Origin: an uncultured Ruficoccus sp.
GTDB taxonomy: Bacteria; Verrucomicrobiota; Verrucomicrobiia; Opitutales; Cerasicoccaceae
DNA: 64,000 bases
Direction of reading: 5' to 3'
Assembly: GCA_965140785.1 (NCBI GenBank)
Contig: OZ223496.1
Span: forward strand, 64,001-128,000
Shown here: piece by piece, positions 39,123-49,033 of the stretch
Position numbering within the stretch: position 1 is the stretch's first letter
Layout: each line of letters begins with the position of its first letter
Program-made: the position numbers and the translations under genes
The notes under the pieces: model-generated
What the model was told of the DNA's origin: nothing
The model's input: the letters and a program-made list of their open reading frames with translations, nothing else
The model's database searches: none

Positions 39123-42100
39123 TCAGGGCTCCACGACCTTCAGCTTCAGGAGCCTTCCATCCGCATCGATAAAGCGTAACGCAAAGCCGCCACCGGCTCC
39201 CGTGTCGTCAACCTTGAACAGTACGGTGTTGCGGCCTTTCCGGAGCACCACGGGGAGCTTCTCCTCGTCGAGCGTGATAGACCGGGAGGCCGCATTGCGT
39301 CCGACCAGTTCGCCGTTGACCCACAGGGTGTAGCCATCGTCGGAGCCCAGGGAGGCCAGACAATCGGTATCGCTCTGTACCTCGACAACTGCGTAAGCGT
39401 AGGAAACCGCGTCGTTCCAGGGATGAGAAATGGCGGGCTGGGCGGAGTCTACTTTATGCCACACCAGCGTCAGGTCATCCTTGCCCGTTTCGCACAGGCT
39501 AAAATCCGGCTCGCTCAACTGCCGCTCAGGCGGGCACCGGCGGGTGTTACCGACATAAACGCCCTCGGTATTGCGCCAGTTCGCCCAGGGCCCGATCATG
39601 TACCAGGATCGGATGAATCCGTCCGCATCTACTTTGAGCGGTTCGTCCTTTGACGGAGCGTCCGCATTGAGCGCGAAAACCGCCGGTTTGTCCCCCCGCT
39701 CGAGTCGCACGTATATGTGGTTCATCCCCTCGTGCAGTTTCAACGTCACAGGAGTTTTCACCGTGCCGACGGGGGCGGTGTCCTCAACCGGAAGCGTCAC
39801 CTGGTCGCCATCGTTAAGCCAGAGGGCGGCGGGAACCGTGGCACTCCAGGAGAAAGTCAACTCCTGCGGCTTGGGGGAATAAATCGAGGTGGAGGCGTAA
39901 ACACCTCCGGCCTGACCCGAGGTGCCATCGTCGAGGACAACATACGGCAAGGGCTGGTCCACGGAATGGGTCTGCTCGACTGGCCAGATAAGCTCGCCCT
40001 CGGCATTCGCCATTCCGGCTTGGACCGGCGACTGATCCGCGAAGTCGGCGTCACCCTCGTCGATCAATGTCCAGCGTTGAAGAACGCCGCACGTCTGGTG
40101 CTCTTTGGGGGGCAGCCCCGTGCGGAAAATGACCCACTCGGCCTCCTGGCCGGAGAGGACTTCGATTTCTCCCGTGATATCCTGCCCCCAGGTGATGCGG
40201 CCCTGTTTCAACGCCTCAAAGAGGGCGGGATCGTCGGACTTCAGGTAAAGGGCGTCCGCCCCGAGCTGGATTTTGTCCGGTGTCTCCAGATCCATCGGCT
40301 CCGCGAACGCATCGTAGGCCTGAAAATCGACGTCGGCCAGCGCGGATTCCAGCTCCGCCCGACGCAAGGGAATTTTCGCAGCGACAATAGCGACGGCATA
40401 CTGTTTGTCATCGGACGTGTCCGCCTCTCGCTCAAAGCACAGCACCAGCACGTTGTCATCCAGTTCGATCCGCTGAAGTAGCCGGTAGCCTCCCAATGCG
40501 GCGAACATGCCGTTCATGTAGGCGGCGCCCACGCCGGGAACAAAGGGCCCCCGCAGGAACCAGTTGCGTGGGCTGGAGCCCTCGTAGAAATTGTTTCTCG
40601 AGAGCACGATGCCCGCGCTCCAACGCGCCCCGATGGCCCAGTCCAGCAGTGCCCGCTGCACCGCCGCGGTCCGGACAAAGGTCATGTTCGAATGCCCGCC
40701 CAGTCCATGAATTTCACTCATTCCCAGCTGAAGTTTCTTTTCTGGGGTCGAGTACTGCTCGAGCAGTGTTTCCAGATTTTTGGCCGCCGCCAGCCCGCCC
40801 TGTTCGAGCAGAGAGGAACCGTAGGGGTGATAGCTGACGCCGTCGCAGTAGGCCGCTCCGCCCAGGCGGAGGAACTGCCCGGTGTACCCGTTGCCGTCGG
40901 CAGAGAAATCCGCCGTCTGGTTCATAAAGATCGGCAACTCGGGAGCAACCAGTTTCATCATCTCATAGGCCGGCTCAAAGTAATATTCAATCAAGCCTTC
41001 CGGGTTGATGTAGAGGTTGGGCTCATTGAGAAACTCAATCGCCTCGATTTTATCCCCGTAGCGATCAGCCACCTCGGCCATAAAATCGGAGAGCACGCCC
41101 GGGTCCGGCGCCAGCAGGATATTACGCTGCTGAGGATCGCGAGAGGAGCCCATCGGATTCGAACGCACGCTGTAAGGGCTGATATCGGTGCCGGTACGGT
41201 AGAGCCACTTGCCCTCTCCCTCGTCGGTCCCGGCCATGAGCTTGGCATACTGCTCGCGCTTCATGTTCAGCGGCTTGTGCGGGACGCAGATAATCGTGGT
41301 ACAGCCGTTCCGGGCGGCTGCGCTGGTGCGTACGTCCAGTGGTCCCCAGCGGTACTCTCCAGGTAGAGGCTCGATTTTTTCCCAGTCAAAGATGTCGCGC
41401 TGGACGCGGAATCCAGTCTGATAGTTGGTGGAATAAAACTCGTCCAGGCTCCAATGACCTCTCCAGTTAAACGAGACATCGCCGCTTCCCGGCCATTCGA
41501 TTCCGCCGTGGTAGCCGACATTGAAATCGACCGGAGCCGATACCTGCTTCAGGTCCGTCATGACGGTGAAGCGCTCCCGGCCCGCGCCGAGTAAAGTTCC
41601 CGTATTTGCATCTCGCACCTCGACGTCCGCCACGTAAGCCCCGCGCTTCATCGCGCCTAGCGGGATGTCTCCCTGCTGAATGTCGGTTCCCAGCTCCAGC
41701 GTATTTTTCCAGAGGGTCTGTGCCGGTAACTGCCGGGTCAAATCGCGGACCGTCAGGGTCATCTTGACCGGAGTCGCGTGGGCGGCCTGCGCGCTCCAGC
41801 GCAGGCTCACCGGCTCCGAAGCCTTATGAATGCCGTTGCGGGCGGAGGGCAACAGAACAATCTCGACCTCGCCGGCCCGGGGCAGGGAGGCGGCCTCAGG
41901 AAGCGGGACCAGCGTCCAACTGATGTCATCAATCCACACCTGGTAGTCGGAAGCGCCACCGCCGGAAAACTCTATCCTCACCGGCACAAACGGGTCGTCC
42001 ACCTCAAGGGTACCCGTCCACTGCTGCCACTCGCCCTCAAGCTTGCCTCGCACAATTTGAGGTCCGTTTGGGGTTCTTCCTTTGCCATCGGGCGGACAAA

Positions 42101-42608
42101 CGCCGGCAATGAGATTCACCCCCGGGCGGCTCGCTTTCGTCCAGAATGAAAAATATGTCTGCGTGTTTCCGGAAAATTCCGGGGACTGGATGTCCAGATA
42201 AACCGTCCTGACGCCCTTGCTGCGGGAGAGCTTGAGCGAGTGCGCGCCACTATGAGCACTCGTCGTATCGAGTTCCGGCAGCGGAGGCACGTCAGCCTCG
42301 TCCAGCGCAACCTTGGGCGTCGTCCATCCCGGGTAGTAGGGCTCCGCGCCCAGTCCAAGTTCGAACGATCCGTTCGTCAGTAAGTTCGTTTCCGGCTTCA
42401 TGTCTGTTTGTTCCGCCCTGACCTGCACAGGCACCAGGGTGGCAAGGGCTATAAATGCCGCCAAAGCGATCTGGCCTACACCCGCCTCCTTTTTCTTTTT
42501 CCGGACCATGCCCTTCGGCGTGCAGGCAGAGATTGCTCTGGATGTGATAAACGTTCGGAGGGTGAATGCAGGGGTCATTGACAAGTAACTCAGCGGGTTG
42601 ATATTCAT
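39123..42608 (-). CDS. Large secreted multidomain protein: CBM-like + clan GH-A barrel + two PA14-like domains (start uncertain)
   Basis: NLLTNGSFE, FDWEKIEP.PGEYRW, EFLNEPN, YHPY, GMSE, GSDDGYTLWVNG. Confidence 0.7.
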   Translation of the reverse strand: MNINPLSYLSMTPAFTLRTFITSRAISACTPKGMVRKKKKEAGVGQIALAAFIALATLVPVQVRAEQTDMKPETNLLTNGSFELGLGAEPYYPGWTTPKVALDEADVPPLPELDTTSAHSGAHSLKLSRSKGVRTVYLDIQSPEFSGNTQTYFSFWTKASRPGVNLIAGVCPPDGKGRTPNGPQIVRGKLEGEWQQWTGTLEVDDPFVPVRIEFSGGGASDYQVWIDDISWTLVPLPEAASLPRAGEVEIVLLPSARNGIHKASEPVSLRWSAQAAHATPVKMTLTVRDLTRQLPAQTLWKNTLELGTDIQQGDIPLGAMKRGAYVADVEVRDANTGTLLGAGRERFTVMTDLKQVSAPVDFNVGYHGGIEWPGSGDVSFNWRGHWSLDEFYSTNYQTGFRVQRDIFDWEKIEPLPGEYRWGPLDVRTSAAARNGCTTIICVPHKPLNMKREQYAKLMAGTDEGEGKWLYRTGTDISPYSVRSNPMGSSRDPQQRNILLAPDPGVLSDFMAEVADRYGDKIEAIEFLNEPNLYINPEGLIEYYFEPAYEMMKLVAPELPIFMNQTADFSADGNGYTGQFLRLGGAAYCDGVSYHPYGSSLLEQGGLAAAKNLETLLEQYSTPEKKLQLGMSEIHGLGGHSNMTFVRTAAVQRALLDWAIGARWSAGIVLSRNNFYEGSSPRNWFLRGPFVPGVGAAYMNGMFAALGGYRLLQRIELDDNVLVLCFEREADTSDDKQYAVAIVAAKIPLRRAELESALADVDFQAYDAFAEPMDLETPDKIQLGADALYLKSDDPALFEALKQGRITWGQDITGEIEVLSGQEAEWVIFRTGLPPKEHQTCGVLQRWTLIDEGDADFADQSPVQAGMANAEGELIWPVEQTHSVDQPLPYVVLDDGTSGQAGGVYASTSIYSPKPQELTFSWSATVPAALWLNDGDQVTLPVEDTAPVGTVKTPVTLKLHEGMNHIYVRLERGDKPAVFALNADAPSKDEPLKVDADGFIRSWYMIGPWANWRNTEGVYVGNTRRCPPERQLSEPDFSLCETGKDDLTLVWHKVDSAQPAISHPWNDAVSYAYAVVEVQSDTDCLASLGSDDGYTLWVNGELVGRNAASRSITLDEEKLPVVLRKGRNTVLFKVDDTGAGGGFALRFIDADGRLLKLKVVEP

Positions 42609-42665
42609 TTATTGGGGCGGGAATACACTGGCGCAAATCATTAACCTCTGTCAAAACGCGGCCGA

Positions 42666-42678
42666 TCGAACAGTTCGA
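42666..42678. promoter_or_regulatory. Palindromic operator, copy 5 (autoregulatory position)
   Basis: TCGAACAGTTCGA ends 3 bp before the LacI ATG at 42682. Confidence 0.85.
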
Positions 42679-42681
42679 ATC

Positions 42682-43758
42682 ATGAAGAAAAACCCCACTA
42701 TGACCGATGTCGCCAAGAGGGCGGGCGTGGCGAAATCCACCGTTTCGCTTGCGCTACGTAACGATCCCCGGGTAACCCCCTCCCTACGGGCAAAGATCGA
42801 GCAGACCGCCAAACAGATGGGCTACCGCAGCAACCCGCTGACCGCGCGGCTCATGGCCGAACTACGCAACTCGAGAAACAACAGCTACGTGGCCACACTC
42901 GGCATGATCAACGTTTCCGCCTACGAAGATCTTGCCCAGCGAATCGCCGTCATCACAGAGCAGCTCGACGGCGCAGAGGCACGCGCCCAACAGCTCGGGT
43001 ACAAACTGGATTATTTCTGGCTCGACCAACCGAAAGTCACGCCCCGGCGGCTGGCCAGCATCCTGGCAGCCAGAAATATTCAGGGCGTGGCGTTTTACGG
43101 AATCCGGGACGATGAGGCGTTGCTGCGTTGCGAGCCGATCTGGACCACCCTGCCGACTGTCGTCATCGGCTCGCACCCCGAATTCCCGCCTTTGAATTTC
43201 ATCGCCAACGATCACTATGCCACCGCCGTTCAAGCCTACCAACACCTGGCACAGGCCGGCTATCGTCGCATCGGTATCGTACTGGACAAATGGTTGGACA
43301 CCCTCCTCGAGCACCGCTACATCGCTGGCTACAGAACCTGTGTCGGTGAAACCCCGGATGCCCCTCCCATCCTCTACCTCGAAGACCCCCAGGAGAAACC
43401 CCGCCCCGAAGGCAAGAAACGTTTTTTTGACTGGATGAGGACGCACAAGCCTGACGCCTGCATCTGCATCAATAGCTTTATCCTGGACTGGACCGATGAG
43501 CTCGGGCTGAAGGTGCCCGACGAGTTCGGAATCGCCCTGTTGGACCTCTCCACCGAATTCAAGGAAAAGGGGGTCGCCGGTATGTACAACAGCGCGAGCT
43601 GGCTGGGGATGAAATCCGTGGACTCGCTGATCAGCCAGCTCCACCGCAATGAATACGGCGTCCCGCCTTTCCAGAGCGGCATCCTCGTCGAGGGCCAGTG
43701 GAACCCGGGCTACACCGTGCGCCCTCCGTCCCCTACTGCAACAGCTCCCCGACGATGA
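42682..43758 (+). CDS. LacI-family transcriptional regulator
   Basis: PTMTDVAKRAGVAKSTVSLAL; GYRRIG; KVPDEFGI. Confidence 0.95.
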   Translation: MKKNPTMTDVAKRAGVAKSTVSLALRNDPRVTPSLRAKIEQTAKQMGYRSNPLTARLMAELRNSRNNSYVATLGMINVSAYEDLAQRIAVITEQLDGAEARAQQLGYKLDYFWLDQPKVTPRRLASILAARNIQGVAFYGIRDDEALLRCEPIWTTLPTVVIGSHPEFPPLNFIANDHYATAVQAYQHLAQAGYRRIGIVLDKWLDTLLEHRYIAGYRTCVGETPDAPPILYLEDPQEKPRPEGKKRFFDWMRTHKPDACICINSFILDWTDELGLKVPDEFGIALLDLSTEFKEKGVAGMYNSASWLGMKSVDSLISQLHRNEYGVPPFQSGILVEGQWNPGYTVRPPSPTATAPRR

Positions 43759-45085
43759 GGACCGCCCCCGGGTACCACACCTGGGGGGCGTATTTTTCGG
43801 GATGCTCCTTAATATCCTGGCTGCCTCTTTGATAAAGAATGGAGGCCTTGTCGAGTGGCTTGTCCAGCACACGAATGGTAACGTCGTGGACGCCGTTCTC
43901 AAGATTATCGCAGACATTCATCAGCGACAGTCGGTGGTAAGTGCAATAGCCGTCAATGCGTTTGATCTCGCGGGACTGGCCATCGACCGTAACCTCCAAC
44001 AGGCCGCCGTCAGGACCGATCACATCGAAGATCGCCGCCTTGGTCCCTTTAAAGCGGAAATGCATGCTGGCTCCGGGCTCCAGACGATAAAGTGGCTGCA
44101 CCCGGTTCGCGAAACTCCGGGCCAGCTTGTCGTCCTCCTGCGTCAGGTTCTGATAAGGCCCCGACAGGAACGACTCGGGGATGGCGTAGCGTTTGGCCGC
44201 TTCCCAGTTGTCCTCGCGCACGGGCGCACCCAGTGTATGGGGGACATCCGCCTCCTCCTCACGCATCTGCTCCATGGCCCGGATTAGCGCCTGCGTGTAG
44301 AGCACGTGCCCGGTCTCCGGATAGGGATGCGTGCCGTCCTTGGAAAATACGATACGCCCCTGCTCATCGGTGGCGATTTCGGCGGACTCGTTTAACTCGT
44401 CGCCGGAAACGCTTGTCATCGGAGCGCCCCCTCTCATCACGAGTTTCCCCGCTGCCTCCATCTGCGCGACCTTCAGCCCCAGATGGATGCTCGGTATCCC
44501 ATAATAGTCTGCCACCGCTTCCATCACACTGGCCGACTGTTTCATCTTACCGGCCGCCAGTTCCCGGCTTTCCCGCGCCGTTACCGTATAGACGAAGCAA
44601 ATATCCGTGTTGGGAAACTGAGCCCAGGTCTTGCGCACGATCCCCTCCATCGCCTTAACGATAACAGCAGGCTTCGTCTTGGAGTCATTGACCGCGAACT
44701 CGACAAAGAGCAAATCCGGCTTCTGGTCCAAGGCGTCCTCCTGCATCCGGAATACGCCGAGCTCCGAACCAGTCCCGCCGATAGCGGCATGAACGCCCTC
44801 TAACTCGGCCTGTGGATACTGCTCCTGAAACCAGTCCAGGCTCTGGACACGCCAGCCCGCCTGCGCGGTGATACTGCCCCCCAGATACGCGATGGTCACC
44901 TTTTGCCCGGCTTCCAGCTTCCTGAAGAAGTTAGGCAAGCCGTCACGCTGAGTGAACTCCACGGAGTCCCGCAAGGGGTAACTGTCCGCAGCGGTTTCCT
45001 GCGCATGGGCCCAGCCCAAAGCGGCCATGAACAGGCCAAGAGAACAGGTAATACGGAGAAGGGAGGGATGATGAATGAAGGACAT
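43733..45085 (-). CDS. Secreted SGNH/GDSL hydrolase
   Basis: Signal peptide; YLGGSIT, AAIGGTGS, VEFAVND, DGTHP. Confidence 0.88.
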   Translation of the reverse strand: MSFIHHPSLLRITCSLGLFMAALGWAHAQETAADSYPLRDSVEFTQRDGLPNFFRKLEAGQKVTIAYLGGSITAQAGWRVQSLDWFQEQYPQAELEGVHAAIGGTGSELGVFRMQEDALDQKPDLLFVEFAVNDSKTKPAVIVKAMEGIVRKTWAQFPNTDICFVYTVTARESRELAAGKMKQSASVMEAVADYYGIPSIHLGLKVAQMEAAGKLVMRGGAPMTSVSGDELNESAEIATDEQGRIVFSKDGTHPYPETGHVLYTQALIRAMEQMREEEADVPHTLGAPVREDNWEAAKRYAIPESFLSGPYQNLTQEDDKLARSFANRVQPLYRLEPGASMHFRFKGTKAAIFDVIGPDGGLLEVTVDGQSREIKRIDGYCTYHRLSLMNVCDNLENGVHDVTIRVLDKPLDKASILYQRGSQDIKEHPEKYAPQVWYPGAVLIVGELLQ

Positions 45086-45233
45086 GGGTATGATTGGTAG
45101 GTCGTGTGAACGGATTTGCGGCACGGGGTTCACAAACTGGCGACCGAGCAGGCTGATGGCCGCATGCTCGATCTTTCGGTAGCATTAAGGGAGACCTATC
45201 GACAAAGGCCAAGGCTTTACTCCGACCCACTCT

Positions 45234-45246
45234 TCGAACCGTTCGC
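45234..45246. promoter_or_regulatory. Palindromic operator, copy 6
   Basis: TCGAACCGTTCGC upstream of the SGNH gene. Confidence 0.7.
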
Positions 45247-45309
45247 TCCTCCGGCAAATGGACCACAAACGCACCGGTTGATCAAACGACATCCAAGCCA
45301 AAATCGTGT

Positions 45310-46170
45310 TCAAGCCCGTAGGCCGACGGCAGGGTGTTTTCTGAATGCGGCGGGCGAGTGCCCCATCACCTTCTTATACTGGCGGGAAAAGAAAAATTCG
45401 TCCCGGTACCCGCACTCCTCCGCGATCTGCGCCAGACTCATGGCGGTCTCCCGCAACAGGGCGGACGCCTGATCGACGCGGGCCTGAATCACGAACTGCG
45501 TCGGTGAAGATCCCGTCAGCCGGCGAAACTTTTCATTGAGCAATGAGGTGCCCATGTGTGCCTGCTCACACAGGACTGCCAGCGACCAGTCGGAACCGGG
45601 GCGCGAGCGGATTTCACTGATCAGCTCCTCGATTTGCCAATCAGCGGGATTGGCCGGCGTGAGGTGGGATTGACGCCACAAATGTTCCAGCAGACAGAGC
45701 ATGAATCGCTCTTTGAGTTGCGGCAAAGCTGTGTCCGGCCCCCGGCAACTCGTCTGGAAAATTCCCAGAAAGCCTCGCAGCGAGGCGATATCGCGCAGGT
45801 GGATTCCCCGGCAGGCATCAACCACGGGATCAAAGGCTTTACAGGCCGCCGAATCCGGCAGAAAATGCATACTCCAAACCTCCAGGGGATGGACGGGATC
45901 ATGGCGACCGGACACGAATTCTCCCGGCCTGAGAATAAAGACCTGGGGAGCGGTAATGGCCCAAACCTCCTCGTCGATCTTAAGCGTACCCTTTCCACTC
46001 AGAACAACCCATACATTGTAGTCCTGCCACTGCAAATCACAGCGCCATTCGGAATGGCACAGGTGCCGGAGCAAGGTGCCAGTCTGGGCCAGGCCCGTGA
46101 GCGGAAAGCCTCTTGGAGATCGGTCTTTATCCACAGGTAAAAACTGCAAATAACCCGTAAGATTGTCCAT
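45310..46170 (-). CDS. AraC-family regulator
   Basis: Cupin-like N-terminus; IAEECGYRDEFFFSRQYKKVMGHSPAAFR. Confidence 0.95.
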   Translation of the reverse strand: MDNLTGYLQFLPVDKDRSPRGFPLTGLAQTGTLLRHLCHSEWRCDLQWQDYNVWVVLSGKGTLKIDEEVWAITAPQVFILRPGEFVSGRHDPVHPLEVWSMHFLPDSAACKAFDPVVDACRGIHLRDIASLRGFLGIFQTSCRGPDTALPQLKERFMLCLLEHLWRQSHLTPANPADWQIEELISEIRSRPGSDWSLAVLCEQAHMGTSLLNEKFRRLTGSSPTQFVIQARVDQASALLRETAMSLAQIAEECGYRDEFFFSRQYKKVMGHSPAAFRKHPAVGLRA

Positions 46171-46231
46171 GTTTTTTTAAAAAATAAATGCTATCATTTA
46201 TCGACAAATTTCCCACTCCGACATTGGTCCC

Positions 46232-47881
46232 ATGACCCCGATCACCGAACCTCCTTCCCTCAGCCCGATAGCCCCTGAGGATATCGAGAAACGACTCGCC
46301 CAGGTAAAATCCGAAGCCGTCCGATGGCTGCAAGGTCGACGTCGCCAGGATGGCTTCAGTTTCTGCGAGCATGCGTTTACCGCCAGCGAGCTGAATGCCA
46401 CAACCGGAGGCGTCGAGCTGTGGACACTGCTGGGCCTTCCCTTGACGGCGGACGAAAGGGGCGGCTGGGTTCGCCGGTTGCAGTCCTATCAAAATCCGGA
46501 AACCGGCCTGGTTACCGACCCGACGTGGCAGGACCGCCAAATCAATCGCAACCCGTCTCAGTTGAAAGACGGGGACACTTTCTTCACCATGACCTGTGCC
46601 GCCGCACTGGAGGCGCTCGGCGCTTGCTACGACCATCCCGTGGCCTACTTACAGGATCTGAGTGCGGAGCGCCTGGTGGCCTCGCCGGATTGGGGAATCG
46701 CGGCCCACCACCCGTTTGCCATCGGTGACTACGGCCGCCTCATCCGCGTCAATCTGGCGCTCGGTATTTCCGGCGCTCAGGATCAGTGGGAGGCGCTCCT
46801 GCGCTGCACGGCAGAGTGGCAGGACCCGCTCACCGGTCTCTGGCCTGCCGGGCACGAACGTACCCCCTTGACCCCGGCCATCAATCGCAGCTTTCACGTT
46901 CTGCGCGCGACTTGGAATCTCTGCGACGCTCCCTGCCTGAAGCCGGACGCCATCATAGACTCCTGCCTGGAAGCTTCCACGGACGCGCGCTTCTATGGCT
47001 GGGAGCCCGGCTACGCCTGCAACGATCTCGACTTGGCCCATATCCTGTACACGGCCTGTTGCCAGAGCGATCACTGCCGGGAGGAGGTCCGGCAGTGGGC
47101 ACTTCGCCAACTGCCCATGATCCTTGCAGTACAGAAGCCCGACGGCGGCTTTTCCTTCCGCCATACGCGCAGCATGGAAGACCATGGCGGTATCCGTATG
47201 TCACCCGGACAGGCCGAAGGCGACACTTGGGGCACCCTGATGTACCTGGGCACGGTCAAGATGATGGCCGAGCTGGCCTATCCAGGCATTCGTGCTCCGT
47301 GGGCATACAGCCGCGTTCATGCCGTTCCCACCCCCGACGCAAGCCTAACCATGAGCGAGAATCCACAGGGTACCACCACTCTACCGGGCGAAAAAATTTC
47401 GATCGGCGCAGGCACGACCATTGAGCCGGGAGCCCGGCTCGACGCGACCAGTGGGGAGATCACGCTGGGCAAGAACTGCCTGGTTCTCCAAGGCGCACTC
47501 CTGCTCCCCTACGACGGTTTTATCCGCATGGGCGACGACTGCTCGATCAACCCGTACTGCGTCATCTACGGACATGGCGGACTGACCATCGGCAACGGCG
47601 TACGTATTGCCACGCACACCGTTATCATTCCGGCCAATCACCGCTTCGATGACCCCGACATACCCATTTTCCGCCAGGGGCTTTCCTGCAAAGGCGTGAC
47701 CATCGAGGACGATGTGTGGATCGGCTGCCATGTCTCGATTTTGGACGGCGCACACATCGGACGCGGATCGGTCATCGCCGCGGGCAGCGTGGTTCGCGGC
47801 AGGGTCGAGCCCTATTCCGTTATGGGCGGCGTACCTGCCAAGTTGCTGAAAAAGCGTAACGCTCCCGGCAGCAACCGTTAA
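46232..47881 (+). CDS. Alpha/alpha-barrel (prenyltransferase/squalene-cyclase-like repeats) domain in frame with a hexapeptide-repeat acyltransferase; may be two genes (second from ATG 47351)
   Basis: QNPETG, QDPLTGLW and QKPDGGF repeats; C-terminal IEDDVWIG...IGRGSVIAAGSVV...GVPAK. Confidence 0.7.
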   Translation: MTPITEPPSLSPIAPEDIEKRLAQVKSEAVRWLQGRRRQDGFSFCEHAFTASELNATTGGVELWTLLGLPLTADERGGWVRRLQSYQNPETGLVTDPTWQDRQINRNPSQLKDGDTFFTMTCAAALEALGACYDHPVAYLQDLSAERLVASPDWGIAAHHPFAIGDYGRLIRVNLALGISGAQDQWEALLRCTAEWQDPLTGLWPAGHERTPLTPAINRSFHVLRATWNLCDAPCLKPDAIIDSCLEASTDARFYGWEPGYACNDLDLAHILYTACCQSDHCREEVRQWALRQLPMILAVQKPDGGFSFRHTRSMEDHGGIRMSPGQAEGDTWGTLMYLGTVKMMAELAYPGIRAPWAYSRVHAVPTPDASLTMSENPQGTTTLPGEKISIGAGTTIEPGARLDATSGEITLGKNCLVLQGALLLPYDGFIRMGDDCSINPYCVIYGHGGLTIGNGVRIATHTVIIPANHRFDDPDIPIFRQGLSCKGVTIEDDVWIGCHVSILDGAHIGRGSVIAAGSVVRGRVEPYSVMGGVPAKLLKKRNAPGSNR

Positions 47882-47908
47882 TTTAGCTCAACATCTGTTT
47901 ATACCATC

Positions 47909-49033
47909 ATGACAAAAGCAATCTATCAACCGAACTGCGAATCCACCGCATCGAAGGCGCTGGTTTTCGCCCCCCAGAACCTTGCGCACTTCCGCCAGCG
48001 CATCCTGGATACCCCGCCGGCTGACATTAAAGCCGGCTGGGAAGATGTGCTGATCCCTCAGGGCGTGCTCCTCGCCGCCAAGGCCTGGCAGGACGCCGAG
48101 CTGTTCGATTGGGTGGACCGTTGGCTTTCCTGCCATTCTCAGGTCGGCTTCGTCGATTGGGGCCATTTCCTGCCGCCGGAGGCGGGCATCCCGCGCAGCG
48201 GCTACTGCGGGCATTGGGGCTTCCCGCTGGTGGCGGCCCGTCGTCTGGCGGATCGTCCGGACGAACGGCAACACCAACAGATGATCGACATCTGTGAGTA
48301 CATCCTCCACACGGCCAAACGGCTGCGCGACGGCATTCTGGCTCATGCGGTTTTCCCCCAACTCGACATCCCCAACCTCAGCGAACGGGCCTGGGTCGAT
48401 ACGCTTTACTACTCCTCCTCCGTCCTGGCGGAAACCTACACACTGACCGGTAACGACGCCTACCTGGAGGAAGCCGGGCGCCAATGCCTGCTGCATGCCA
48501 AGTATCTGCAGGACAAAACCACCGGGGCATTCTTCCACGACATCGATCCAGCCACCGGTATCCGCCCGCTCGGCTTCTGGTCGCGGGGGAACGGATGGAT
48601 CATCCTTGGCCTGGCCGACACGCTTCGCCACGCGCCGGAGGATTGGCCGATGCGGGAGGAAATCTTGGATATTTACCGCACACTTGCCACGGCGCTGCTT
48701 CGCTGGCAGCACCCCTGCGGGCTTTGGCGCATCATGCCCGATGTCGCAGAGTCGCACCTGGAAACCAGCGGAACGGCCATGATCGCCGGTGGCCTCGCGA
48801 TCGGTATCGGCGAGGGATGGCTGGAGCCCAGCGTAAGCGCCCAAGTGCGCAAGGCTATCGAGGAACTGGTCACCTGGGTCAATACCGAAGGCAGACTCCA
48901 GGGTGCGCAGCGCCCGGCGGGCATGGGCGGTTGGGAAACCCACAAACTCTCCACTCTCGGCGAATGCACCTACGCCACGGGCTTTTTCCTACGCCTGCTG
49001 GCTGAAGCCAAAAACTACAACCTTCTGTCATGA
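47909..49033 (+). CDS. GH105/GH88 unsaturated uronyl hydrolase
   Basis: WVDTLY, TGAFFH, WSRGNGW, LETSGTAM. Confidence 0.88.
   Translation: MTKAIYQPNCESTASKALVFAPQNLAHFRQRILDTPPADIKAGWEDVLIPQGVLLAAKAWQDAELFDWVDRWLSCHSQVGFVDWGHFLPPEAGIPRSGYCGHWGFPLVAARRLADRPDERQHQQMIDICEYILHTAKRLRDGILAHAVFPQLDIPNLSERAWVDTLYYSSSVLAETYTLTGNDAYLEEAGRQCLLHAKYLQDKTTGAFFHDIDPATGIRPLGFWSRGNGWIILGLADTLRHAPEDWPMREEILDIYRTLATALLRWQHPCGLWRIMPDVAESHLETSGTAMIAGGLAIGIGEGWLEPSVSAQVRKAIEELVTWVNTEGRLQGAQRPAGMGGWETHKLSTLGECTYATGFFLRLLAEAKNYNLLS

Noticed and set aside
43762..43777. CCGCCCCCGGGTACCA resembling the tRNA-Leu 3' end (possible attR of a ~31-kb island)
   Set aside because: It lies inside the SGNH coding sequence (WYPGAV), has an extra C, and would cut through the six-site regulon; most likely chance.
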